NCBI RefSeq assembly: GCF_964194155.1
Contig: NC_135882.1
Coordinates: 63,612,001 to 63,676,000, forward strand
Length of the DNA: 64,000 bases
Reading direction: 5' to 3'
DNA from: Cetorhinus maximus
Lineage: Eukaryota
The number at the start of each line of letters is the position of its first letter. Positions within the stretch are counted from its first letter, which is position 1. A program made the position numbers and the translations under genes. This document shows, piece by piece, positions 12,151 through 25,200 of the stretch. Below the pieces are notes generated by a model. That model was not told the DNA's origin. It saw nothing but the letters and a program-made list of their open reading frames with translations, and did not search any database.

Positions 12151-15100
12151 TGGTAACACCGCAGAAAGTTGTTTTGATTGCCACAAACCTATATTAGAAT
12201 TGTTTTCATACGCTTTCCAACAAAAGAGCCAAACAAGTGAACAAACGGGAAATCTGACCCATCCTCAGGAGCTGGTGGGTCCCCAGTGACCGTTGTTCAA
12301 CTGCACGGCAGATAGAAAGACACCAACAAACCTGAATCTATATGTAAAACTTAACTAGGAAAGTATTTTTCGGAAAATAAATTCTACCATTTATCAGTCT
12401 GTCTCCTATATTATTTTTTACAATAAATATAATCCATGTACAAGTGCTTGACCAGACATAAACAGGAGTTGATCTGATTTCTAAGTTGATACACTGACGA
12501 GAGAAAACACATCTCTGAAATGGTTGAGATATTAAATCGACTTATGAGTGGTTTGAAAATTTCCATTGACCTAACTTATTAGCAATGTTTTATTTTAAGG
12601 AAAATGTAAAAACACAAAATAATTATTTTCTGTTTATTATCATTATTACTCAGTATCCAGCTGAATGCGACGTTCTTCATTTTCAAACGTTTGCCGTTCC
12701 ATAGCTGGTAGAAGAGGCTAAAAACTGCTCACCAATTCTTTCATTACAAAGTCACAGACTCTCATTTCGTTAAAAGGATTTTGTTATCAGTGTGGTTTGT
12801 CTACCCCATAGAGATACTGATACATGCACATTATAAATAGCAACAAATTGGTATTAGCATTAGTTCTGTTTCCATCAGTTACCTAAACTCAAACGTCCTT
12901 AATTTCTGGAAAATAAATTGACTCGTTCCTCAACGTGTAACCTCCTGCTGAACATACTCAGTGTGAAACATACACCTGTTCTAAGTATATAATCATCTGT
13001 ATATGTATCTGTCTGAGGGTCCAGAAACCTAAAATATGCATGTGTGCATTTAGTTACGTTTATGAAACAGTATGACTGTATATTTACTTGGAAACACATG
13101 GTGGTGTAATTTGAGTTTACCCAGAAAGAATGATAATTGATTCCGCCAACATCGTCTACTCTAAATTCTACTACACATTTCTAGAGTTCACAGCTTTGGG
13201 AAAACAAAAGACAAAGTTTATCGATTCACTTCACTTGCAAATTGCTTGGTATGTATGTATTGAAGATACACAGGCTGAGACAGCTAGAAAGACAATAAGG
13301 TGGTTGTAAAGAAAGGGAAGTTAACTGAAGTAACCTTACTGCATCTTAATGATAAAAAGTGTATCAAGGTACCAATAATTGTGCTGCTAATCAGGCTTAA
13401 AAAGGCTTTTGCTTGCAGATCTATCTTTTTGTTGGTTAATTGATTTAGCAGCTAAGGACTTGAGACAAGAAATTAAATAGAACGTAAATGTTGCAAAATA
13501 GAAATAACGAGCAAAACTAACAATATCCATAGCCAACAAATGCACGAGTCTCGGATTACTCCTTCTCATTTTTCATCTTCCTCATCAACATCTTTAGGGG
13601 CCATCATCAAAGCACTAAATTCAATTTTACTCTATATTAAAATAATTTTAGAAATCATCACAAAAGCCAACTTAAAACTTATATTTTTCATTACGTATTC
13701 TGAGGTAAGTTTTTAAGCATTTTTAAATGTTTATTTGAAATTATTATAGACACAGTAATCTACAGACCAGAGAGGTTTAGCCGAATGTGATATCAATGAG
13801 ACGAGTGGGGAAAAGGCAGATCTTGCTGTTTCAACAATAAAAAAAGTAATTAGATTTGCTAGTCTGCAGAAAGCATAAACCCTTTTCATCTTTAATGGAA
13901 ACTTAAGCAAACTATTGCTAGAATGTCTTGCAAATGTGGAAATATTGTGAAATTGTGAATGTTATCCATGTCCATTTACAGTATCTAATTTACAATTTAT
14001 GGTCTCAAGTTGCATATAGTCAATCAAATTTTATTTTTGTATTATTTTGTTGTATTATTATTTACTATGTTTTATGTTTCTAAATAAGTGTGAATTACCG
14101 TTAACTAAAAAAAAAGAAAAAAACCTACACTTGTATGGCAATTAAGATATTGTAATATACCCAAGTATTTTATTATGATTTCTGAAAACCTTTGCCAACT
14201 GCATGTTTATAAAACAGAATGCATAAACTTTCTGTGTTAATGCTTTGACATCCATTGTCAACTTGTGTCTGTGATGTTACACATTCACTGCTTTCCATCT
14301 TGGAAGCTCATCACAATTCAGTCAATAAAATGTAAAACTAACTTGTATGCTTATTACAAAATTATAGGCCAAGGATGGGTTGCAACTGCACGGGCCTTAC
14401 CCAATATATATCCTTGATAAACTTGGACCAATATACTCTCCTGCCTAAATTTACATTTACACCAGATATGTGGAGATAAATCTATCATTGTATGTTTCCA
14501 TTCATGTATAATTGTGTGATTTAAAACAAAACAAATTAGGATTTTATTAATCCAAAATAAAATTATTGCATCTGTTCTGCTGGTTATTTATGAACCACAA
14601 CATTTACTCCTCCCACATGCTGATAACTTAATAAAAAGCTTGATTTATAAAAAAAAAATAGTATATTGCTCAATTGTAAGTATTTTAATTATGATTATTT
14701 TGTGTGTAATCCTATCAAAGGCTTTAATATGTAGGGTCTCCATATGAAATATATTTACTTATCACGAAATAAAGAAGAAAAATTACATGCTTATCATATA
14801 ACATTGATTTGGAAGGAATTGCCATCATACCAACAGACTAGTCCGACTGAGAAATCCTGCCACTTGCAGAAGTTAGCAGCTAATGGACAGTTCTGTGGTT
14901 TATGACAGAATCAAATGATTATCAGGTAATCTCAATAGGAAGAGAACATTCACCGACCAGTGTCATAAAGCTTTTTGCCTTCCCTATTCCTCCCATGATA
15001 ATTTTAATTGGGTGTGGAAATTAGTTTGTTCTTTTCCTTGATTGTATTATGGGGTGTGGGGAGGGGAGTTCATCTGTACTTTACTACAACTCTTATCCAG

Positions 15101-17328
15101 GGCAGATTGAGTCAAATATTGTAATCAGCTTTGAAATAATGCTGGGCACAGTTGGATACACACAGAAGCAGTTTATTGAGATAAAAGAGAAAAGCTATCA
15201 GTCAGTATAGACCAGGGCACATATTATGCTGCAGATTGCTCTTCAATGGCCATAACCATGCCTGTTTCTGCAGACTCCCTTCTGTATATAGTTGAACAAA
15301 GAAATTTGAATCAAGTGATTACTTCTGTTTCTTAGCAATTTGAGGCAAATTGCTACTGATTAGTCAAAAGCAAGCTAACGATTGACAATTTTTTTAAAGT
15401 GCACTAGGGACATTTGTCATGTCTGTAAGGGTTACTATTTTACTTGAGAACAATATTGAATTAGGGCTTATGCCTTTTAAATTAGGTTATTCATATTTGA
15501 TTCACTTATTTTCACAATTGCAGTTTTTATTCTAGTAGTGCAGAGATCACGCTTATAGCCATTTCTAATTCTGACAAATTAAAAACCGATTGATACATAT
15601 TAAATTAATATTTTGTAAAGAAAAGAAAACAGCTTGAATGATGTGGGAAATGTGTCTCTGCATCATTGCTCATCTCTTCCATGCACTATGATTTATCTAT
15701 TTATTCATTCTATTGTACTATTTTTCTGTGATTTGATAGCAAGTCATTAATGAGCTAGATAACAAAAGGGTGTTTAAATTATTTCTGAAAGTACAGGCAC
15801 ATAATATATAAGGTGTTAGAAAATATTCTTAGCCAGGTTCTACAATATGGTTTATTTTTCTTTTGGAACTACCAAGGGGTTAGGTGAGAGTCTGATATTT
15901 CTACAACTTCCGATCTACTCAATCACAACCTCACCATCACCTTTTCCCTCTTTCCCCCCCCATTAAAACCATTCCTCTCTTACCTTTATCATTCCCCTGA
16001 TATGACCATCATCTCTATTCCCTTAAGTCCTAAGGATGCAGACTTGAACATCAACGGCGGACAACTGATTTAACCATTCATTGCTTGATCTGAATGGACC
16101 ACATAAATCTCTATCGGATCCTGCTCTCCTCTGTCAAAACTGCTCATTATTCCAGTGTCATCTTGGAATGCAAAGATAACCCCTGGCTTCTCTTCTCCAC
16201 TACATACTATTTCCTTAATCCCCCTCTCTCCTGCCTCATTCACGCTCATCTCCAACAAGTATGTGGAGTTCATGGACATTGTCTTGGTGGATTGGAAGGT
16301 AGCAAATGTAATGCCACTATACAAGAAAGGAAGGGGAGAATAAACTGGGAACTACAGGTTAGCTAACCTGATGCAAGTTGCTGTGAAATTGCTCAAATCC
16401 ATTATTAAGGAAGTGGCAACAGGGCACTTAGAAAATAATAATATGATCAGGTGGAGTTAATATGATTTTATGAAAGGGAAATCATGTTTGACAAATCTAT
16501 TAAACTTCTAAGGATGTAACTCGTAGGGTAGATAAGGGGAACCAGTGGATGTAGTACATTTGGATTTTCAAAAGGTATTCAATAATGTGCCGCACAAAAG
16601 GTTTTGGACAAGAGAGGGGCTCCTGGGGATATGTGCATGGATAGAGGATTAATTGAAGGACAGGCAGCAGAAAGTAGGAATAAATGGTCATTTTCAGGTT
16701 GGTAAGCGGTTACAGGTTGGATGCAGCCAGAATCAGTGCTGGGGCCATAGATGCTTACAATCTATATAATTGACTTAGATGAAGGAACTCAAGTGTGCCA
16801 CTAATACAACACTAGGTGGGAAAGTAAGCTGTGAGGAGGACACAAAGAGTCTACAAACAATTATAAATAGGTTAAGTAAATGGGCAAAAAGATGACAAAT
16901 GGAGTATAATGTGGGAAATGTGAGGTTAGGAAGGATAGAAAAACAATAGGCTGCATTTTGCGAAGCAGCAGACTTTCCTGAAAGGAAAGTTGGCTGGAAG
17001 TGAACATGCCTGGAAGAAGCCTGCTCCACAGGCATAACGCTGTGAGTGGGCTAAAGTGGTTGAGAGTGGGACGTCTGCCCCACAATCAATAAATTGTAAA
17101 AAGCTAAGGCCCCAACCTGAACATGGTTGCGTCCCACTAGTAACTAGAGAGTTAACATGCAGGTAGGTACAGCAAGCAATCAGGGAGGCAGATGGCATGT
17201 TGGCCTATATTGTAAGGTATTAGGAGTACAAGAGTAAGTAAGTCTTCCTGCAATTGTACTGGACTTTGGTACAACCACAGCTGGAGTCATGTGTATCTTT
17301 TTGGTCTCCATACCGAATGAAGGATATA

Positions 17329-18865
17329 CTCGTGTAAAAGTCGATCTCATGTGAAAGCCGACCACATAACTTTTGGCTTAAAAAAACACAATTTTTCACA
17401 CATTATGTAAAAGTCGACCCTAGTTTTTCAGGATCAAACCACTTTCTGATTATTAATTACTTTCCAGTAATTGCTATGGTTCATTAATTTAAAGGCATGT
17501 GCAGGAATCTTTAGTATTCCCTCCATCACTTTTAGTAGCAATCACCCAACCAATCAGCAAGACTAATGTGCACCACATGATGTATCCGATGCCTTTTGAG
17601 AAAGAATAGCAAGTACGCAACTCAATTTAAACTGGAGAAAAAAGTGGCAGAATAGGTTAACAAGCATCAGCCAAATGGTCTTAACTGCGGAGCCATCCAA
17701 TTCTGCACCCTTAGAGAAGCGAAGAAAGATAGTATTTCAGAATTCAAGGTCAGTGCCAGATTAATGAAAAGGCACAATTTAGTACTCTGTCAGAAAACAA
17801 AAATTTTACATCATCTGTCACCTGAACTCAAGAATAAAATCATCTAATGCCACTGTTCTATCATCCAAAGTCGAGAGAAGAATGCATATCGATTGGCCTG
17901 CATTAGGAATATGCGTGAAACACTGATGAGCTTCAACATACTAATAAACAAGACCATAGATTGATGAAAAAAGCCACCCTCATAAAGATGACTGGCCAAG
18001 TGATTATTCACAATGGTTCCATCTTGCATGGCAGATGGCACAAAATTAAAGCCGATGGTGATATTCAAGCACAAAGCTCTTCCCAAAGAGAAATTTCAGA
18101 AAGATGTTAACATCCATGTTCACAAGAAAGGCTGGATGGCTGAAGGCAGTTGCAAGAAATGGATCAAAGAAGGAATTTGAGACCAGGAGGACTACACAAA
18201 GGAAAAGGTTTGCTCATTTGGGACATGTTCAAATCCTACCTTGTCAACAATGTAGTCCATGATATGAGATCAACCAACACCAACGTGGCAGTTATTCTTG
18301 GCAGTCTTATGTTGTTCATCCCTTGGATGTGTGTATAAATAAACCTCTTGAGGAGTGTATCCAAAAGATGTGGAACCATTGGATGTTGGAAGGCAAAAAA
18401 AAATTCACTAACAGTGGAAATAAACGAGCACCCTCCCTAGCACCATTATGCCAATGAACTTGTTCACAACATTGCTCAACGGTACTGAGGACAATTACTT
18501 GTGGAATGATGATGCTGAAGTTACCAGTACTACCAGTGATTATGATGATATACAACCAGGCTGTTGGAATGAATAGTTCAGTGACCCAGATGGTGATCAG
18601 AGTGATTTTGAAGGATTTCAATGTGAAATATTATAATTCATTATGGTATGTATTTTTTTTTGCATGTACTTTGCAATGTTAGGAAATAAGTAAATGTTAG
18701 AGAGTTGATATGAATTCTTGTGTTGCTAAGTTTTACTCTATTCCATTGATTTGGGTCCAGGCATGTCAGTCCTTCAAAAACATTACCCAGGTAAAAGCCG
18801 ATCCCAATTAATTTTGGCCTAAAAAATTGGTCTCAAACATTCGACTTTTACCTGAGTCTTTATGG
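17329..18865 (+). mobile_element. pogo-family (POGK/POGZ-like) Tc1/mariner DNA transposon with decayed transposase
   Basis: Inverted ends CTCGTGTAAAAGTCGA / TCGACTTTTACCTGAG with TA target in CR1. DDE_1-type remnants: SCMADGTKLKPMVIFK, KKGWM, LLIWDMFKSY, DVCINKP. Confidence 0.8.
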
Positions 18866-19200
18866 TACTTACCTTGGGGATTCAATGAAGGTTCAACATA
18901 TTGATTCCTAGGATGAGAAGGCTGTCCTAGGAAGAGTGATTGAGCAGAAGAATGAGAGGTGATCTCAGTGAAACATAAAATGCTGGGAGGGCTTGTCAAA
19001 AGTCGATGCTGGGAGGCTGATTCCCCTGCAGGTGACTGTAGAACTAGGTTGTACAGTCTCCAGGATAAGGGACCAGCTGTTAAGGACTAATGAGAAATTT
19101 CTTCACTCAAAGGCTTGAGAGTCTTTGGAATACTCTACCTTAGAGGGCTGTGGATGCTCAGTCAATGAGTATATTCAAGACTGAGATTGATTTTTGGGAA

Positions 19201-20426
19201 TGTTACAAGATTCAAACTTACCTTACCATCGAATAGGGGCCACGAACTACAAGTCCCAACCGTCTTGGGAGTTTCTGCGCATGCGTGGACTGGGAGCGGG
19301 TAGCGCATGTGCTGACCTGCTGGGTCAAAATCTGGAACTCCCTCCTTCACAGTTTCGTGGGTGTACCTACACCACATGGACTGCAGTGGTTCAAGCTCAC
19401 CACTACCTTCTCAAGGGCTATTAGGGAATGAGCAATAAATGATGGCCTAGCCAGCGATGCCCACATCCCGTGAGTGAATAAATAAAAGACTAGCATTTGG
19501 AATTTTTTGGGCCAAGGACAATGGTCCAGTGTGCTTGTGTGAAGAAGAAAAAGAAAAGGGCACACAAATCCCAATCACAGGACTCAGGAGCTGGGTGCCA
19601 TACCGGAGAAGAGTCTCGGACTGAGGATGGGGAGAGGTCCCAAAACAGGGAACCCAAAGTGGGATTCCAGGGATAGGGGACAGAGAGAGGTCCCAGAGAC
19701 AGAAAGAGGCTGCAAGTAGTAAAAGTTCTGCGTTGGCAGGCTTTAAGTAACGAGGGCTCGGGGGAAGCCTTGGAGATCTGAGAAGGCAGCAGAAGATCAA
19801 TGACTCCATGCTGTGGGCCCTTGGGGCAAAGGTAATCCTTTGGGGCAGTAGTGTTCTGCTTGGCATAGCTGAAGTTGTGTTTGAGTTGGTGCTGGAGTAC
19901 AGAATTGGGAATCCAGGGGAACAGAGTCTCTGGAGTCAAGATTGAAACCCTGTGAGGTAAGCTATCATTGAGGCAGTCCAAGTTGGAGTGACTTTTGGAG
20001 AGAATTCCGAGGCTAGATCTTCAAAGAAGATGACTGGAATCTCTTGTGAGAGGGAAGAGTTTCAACAAGATTGGTTGACTCACAGTGTTTACTGATATCT
20101 GGGTGGGTTGCTGAGAAATCCTTAGACCTGTCTTGGATGAATCTGCCATTTATTGTGGAGTGTAGTGTGTTTGGCCACGGTTTCCCTGTTAATTCACATG
20201 TACCTCATATTAACCCTGAATGTTAGAGTATAAGATTGTAAATTGTTTTATCTTTCTGATCTTGTATGGTAAAGTTTATTTTGTTTCTTCAAAAACTGGG
20301 GAATCTTGTGGTTTTATTCTCTTAGTAAATACCTAGGATCTCAAACTTTGTCTACTTTAAACAAAATGTTATTGGCCCCTAACCAGATTGTACCAAAAAC
20401 TGGGGTTCTGGCCCAGGATTATAACA
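19201..20426 (+). mobile_element. Solo LTR (Gypsy-type) containing a CR1-tail insertion (19318-19487)
   Basis: TGTTACAA...TTATAACA termini; GGAA/GGAT flanks inside contiguous CR1 sequence. The 3' part is homologous to the reverse complement of 60224-60390. Confidence 0.7.
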
Positions 20427-21799
20427 GGATACTAAGGGAATCCAGGATATGGGAATTGGGCCAGAAAGTGAAGTCTAGGATTAGCCATGATCCTGTTCAA
20501 TTGCAGAGAAGGCTCACGGGGCCATATGGCCTACTTCTGTTACCTTATGTTCATCCATTCAGCTGCTCCTGTTACTTTCCTTCCTTCTACTTAATAATGT
20601 TAATCCCTCCTCTAGCTCTGAACTACTTCTTTCTCTAGTTTCTTTCCTATAGCTCAACCTGCCATCTCTGCATTCAAGTTGTCCCTGAGACCCACTTCCT
20701 GCTTCCTCAACCCTGAATTGCCGATCACCCAACTTTTCTTCTTGGCCCCCATGTTAGCTGATATTGTTAACTGTTCCCTCTCCTCAGGAACTGTCCCCTC
20801 CATTTCAAACCTGCTGTCTTTACCATTGACCTCTCTGTCCTTGCAAACTATTGTCCCATCTCCAACCACCCTTTCCTTTCCAAAGTCTTTGAATCTGTTT
20901 TTGATTCCCAAATCCGTACCTGTTTTTCTTGCAACTCCATGTTTAAATCTCTCTGACCAGTTTTCTGCCCTGTCATAAATGGCTTGTATGAAAGTCACAA
21001 ATGGCATCCTGTATGAATGACCATGGTAAATTTTCCCTTCTCATCCTTCTCGACCTACGTGCAGCCTTTGAAATGGTTGACAACACCATCTTCCTCCTTG
21101 TACAACTGGGTGGAACTTGGTTCCATTCTTATCTATCTAATCATAGCCTGAGAATCAAACTGTTCTTGATGTTGATGATGTTGAGCTGCTGTATTAGCAG
21201 ATTTTAATGATCACTGAGTATCAAAATCAGAATCTACATTGGCTCTCTAAAGCTCATTTGATTTACCTTAACCATGCAAGAAATCAATTTATCAGATGGA
21301 AACACATCTTCAGTAATTTATTTCTCATTTATATAAATTAATGTTAACATTGTTTTTATAAATTGTTAGATTTTGTTAAAACCACCTTAGGGATGCATTT
21401 TTGCTGAGGTCAGGATTCCAGATCACACTAAGGTGACCACTATCTTTTCCACTGGCTATATTCTGGTGAATCCATAGCTCAGTGATTTCAAAGCCAAGTA
21501 ACTGTTGCTTTTATATTCAGAGCCAATCATCCACCTTGCCCAATGGATTTTGGATCCTGGTTCTCCTACAATGTACATTCAATTAAAGAAGATTTATTTA
21601 ATTGACCTCAGAGTAAATGAACTTTGTTGTAGCACACTTTGCAGAACAGGCATCAGCTGAAAAGAGTGCAGGGCAGTGCATTGAGCCACTTTATCATTTA
21701 AATTATATATTTTCAACCTATTCGCAAAAGATTAGTAGAATCTGTTTTTTAAAATGGCAAGCATTTACTTTCACTATTCAATGTCACTTAATGGGCTAT

Positions 21800-22200
21800 A
21801 ATAACAATAATTACATTTTCTATAGTGCCTTTTAACATAGCAAAATGACCCAAAGTACTTCAAAATTCGGGGTCAGATTCAAGCAGGTGTAGGATTGAGG
21901 TTAGCGCTGGTGATACGGTCAAAGAAGTTGACTTTAAGGAGACATTTTGAAGAGAAGAAATGTATCAAGTTAAGGGGAACAAGAAGGAAGTTCTAGTTGT
22001 ACAGCAAATAGTGACAGGTTCTGACACCGATGTTAATAAGTAGGGAGTGGAACGAGATATGTCATTGTTAGTGGAATGGATGGTGCAAACAGGGATAAAG
22101 AGCTGGAGGATGTTGCAGACATAAACAGGAGCAAGCCACAGAGTGACTTGTAGACCAGTATGAAAATATTTAAATCAATACATACATGGGATGAACTTGA
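21800..22200 (-). mobile_element. L2-type 3' end fragment
   Basis: AACAAT tail followed by CTATAGTGCCTTT; minus strand reads IDLNIFILVYKSL. Confidence 0.55.
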
Positions 22201-25200
22201 TAAGAATAGGGATAACAAGTGAAAAAGGGATAGAAGGGATAAGAAGTGAAGATAACAAGGGAAGAACTTAAACCGAGTAGGACCAGTGTCATATAGCTCA
22301 GGCTGTAGAAAGGGCTTTAAACTAAAAAGGAGGTTTCAAGTGAGAGGAAATTTATAAATCTAAAGAGGAAAGTCAAGGCCACAGAGCAGTGCAGTGATTT
22401 GGGTAAAAGTAAGCAGTGTGTGCCAGGAAAAGACAGAAAGTTTAATGGTAGTGAATCGGTGATTCAGATCAAATCAGGGAAAAATGGTAAAAAGTTAAAA
22501 TTAAAGGTGTTTTTATCTGAATGCATGAAGAATTCATAACAAGATAGATGAATCAATGACACAAATAGAGATAAATGAGTTTGATCTAATAGTCATTACA
22601 GAGACACAACTGCATGGTGACCAAAGTTAGAAACTAAATTCTAGGGTAGTTGATGTTTTGAAGAGACAGACAAAATGGAAAAGGAGGAGGTGGGTAGCCC
22701 TGATTTGGAAAAAACATAAGGAGAGTAGTGAGGAAAAAATCATAGCTTGGAAGAGCGGGTAGTAGAATCAGTATGGGTGGAGATAAGAAAAAACAAGGGC
22801 CGTGAAACATTGATGGGATTAGACCGCATAACTGTAGCTATACTGTTATGAGTATTAATCAAGAAACATGAGTTTATTCAAAAAGAAGGCAATGGAATAG
22901 TGCAGGGGGAAATTAATCTCCATATAGACTGGGCAAATCAAGTAAGCAAAAGTAGTTTGGAGAACAAGTTCATGGAATGCATTTGAGATAGTATCCAAGA
23001 ACAATATGTTGTGGAATCAAACAGGGAAGAGGATATTTTAGATCGCGTTTTGTGTAATGTGATAGGGTGAATTAGTAATCTCATAGTAAGGGATTCTCTG
23101 GGAAAGACTGATCATAATATGATAGAATTTCCCTTGAGTTTGAGAGTGATGTACATAAATCCAAAACTAGAATATTGAATTTATATAACACCAATTACTT
23201 AACTGGAGTGAGTTGGAATTGTTGGGAGTTGGGAATTTAGATTAAAAGGGAAGATGACAGATGAGTAATGGCAAACATTTTAAAGAAATATTTCATAATT
23301 TTCAACGAATCTACATTTCACTGACAAATAAAAACTCCAGAAGAAAGGAGATCCATTTATCACTAACTAAAGAGGCTAAGGATTGTATTAGATTAAAAGA
23401 GGAGGCATATAATATTGCAAGGAAGAGTAGTAAGCCTGAGGATTGGGAGAATCTTAGATACCAAGGATGACCAAAAAATTGGTAAAGAGGGAAAAAATAA
23501 AATAAGAAAGTAATCTAGCCTGAATTTGGGAATAAGAACTTCTATAAGTATGTAAAAATGAAGAGAGTAGTGAAAGTAAACTTGGATCCCTTAAAGGCTA
23601 AGAGAGGAAAAATTATAATAAGGGAGTAAGGAAATGGCTGAGACATTAAAGAAATATTTTGTCACAGTAGAAGATATGAAAAAAACCCTTAAAATAATTA
23701 ATATTAGTAAAGAAAAAGTACTGAAGAAATTATTGAGGCTGAAAGCCAACAAATCCCCTGAAACCTGGTTGTCTACATCCTATGAATCTAAAAGAGTTGG
23801 CACTGATTGTGATTTTCCAAAATTTTCTCAATTCTGTAACGGTCCCAGTAGAAGGTAGCTTCTTCAGGAAATTTCTGACTCTTCAAGAAATGAGAGAGTC
23901 AGAAAATAGGGAACTATAGGCCAGTTAGCCTGGCATCAATCATTAGGAAAGTGCTGGAATCAAAAATTAAGGAAGTCATAGAGTCACTTATGGCACAGAA
24001 GAAGGCTATTCGGCCATTCGAGTCCATGCCAGGGCATTAGAAAATCATAATATGATTAGGCAACGTCAACATGGTTTTATGAAAGGAAAACCGTTTGTCA
24101 AACGCAATTAGAATTTTTTTGATGATGTAACCAGCGGGGTATTCAATAAGATGCCACATGAAAGGTTGTTGCACAAGATAAGGGTTCATGAGATGGGAGG
24201 GTAATATATCAATAGAGGACAGTTGACAGAAAACAGACAGTTGGAAAAAAGGTGTCATTTTCAGGTTGGCAGGCTGTTACTAGTAAGATGCCACAAGTCT
24301 AAATGCTGGGACCTCAGTTATTTATACTTTATATTAATGACTTGGATAAAGGGACCAAATTTAATATATCTAAGTTTGCTGACGATGCAGGTGGAAGATT
24401 AAGCTGCAGATCAAATTATCATGGTCCTGATTGGAACCAAACGGAGGCAGGACTGAAAAAATGGTCGCCGAGCAGAACAGCAGGAGGTTGCATCTTTGTC
24501 CTTGCCCTAAGCCATTTTCACGAGAGCAGGGAAGGACGGGACCCCAGAACCTCCCCGCTCCTATTAAGGATAGAACTGGCAGCATTATAGTCTCATTGAG
24601 AATTTACACCAGATGAGTTTTTTTAATTTTGATGGAGACAGCCAGACTTTAGTAGCTGTCAGGTTTTACACCAGCTGCATGGAAGTGTGAATCATGGATT
24701 GGAGTCATCAAGAGTTTAAAAGGCAAGTGAAATGGTTTTGTCATTTTAGAGTTCATCATTAATACTATATGGGTTGTATCTGTGTTCGGTAAGCTGAGTT
24801 ATGACATTGCTGTGATTGGAAGATGTAACTAGCCCTTAAATAATGTGTTTCTGAGATTGTTACTTCTGCCAACTGGCAAAATGGTGAGTAAAAGATCAAA
24901 ATTGTAATTGTGAAAACCCTTCAGAAAAGTTCATCTAATGGATAAAATATGATAAGCAAGTGTAAGTGTTTCATCTGCTCCCATTGCTTTTATGTATTCA
25001 GTCTAGACATCTGTTGAGATAACATTCCTGAAGTTTGTTCGTTTATTCAGGGAGTTTTTTGGGCTGTTAGCTACAATCCAACTGCTTAATCATTTTGCAA
25101 GTGCTTCACCTTGTTTAAACAGCTGCTTTGAAGAGTGTTTGTTTACTCAGGGAGTTTTATGGGCTATTCATTGGCTTCCAACTGTTATTATAGGTCTTGA

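Larger units (their letters stand above)
16280..20535 (+). mobile_element. CR1 LINE RT and 3' end, interrupted by a pogo element and an LTR
   Basis: DWKVANVMPLYKKG; GFMKGKSCLTNL; LDFQKVFNNVPH; 3' tail GGGCCATATGGCCTACTTCTGT. Confidence 0.85.
15880..21160 (+). mobile_element. Old L2-clade LINE, split (pieces ~15880-16280 and ~20560-21160)
   Basis: KTAHYSSVILECKDNPWLLFST; LAPMLADIVNCSLSSGTVP; LLILLDLRAAFEMVDNTI (L2 RT LDLSAAFDTV motif). Confidence 0.65.

Noticed and set aside
19447-19981. 139-aa and 163-aa minus-strand ORFs
   Set aside because: They lie within a solo LTR, have low complexity and show no domain motifs.
25041-25183. Two ~43-bp direct repeats 100 bp apart (CRISPR-like spacing)
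   Set aside because: Only two degenerate copies, inside an LTR-like insert in a vertebrate genome, with no cas genes.
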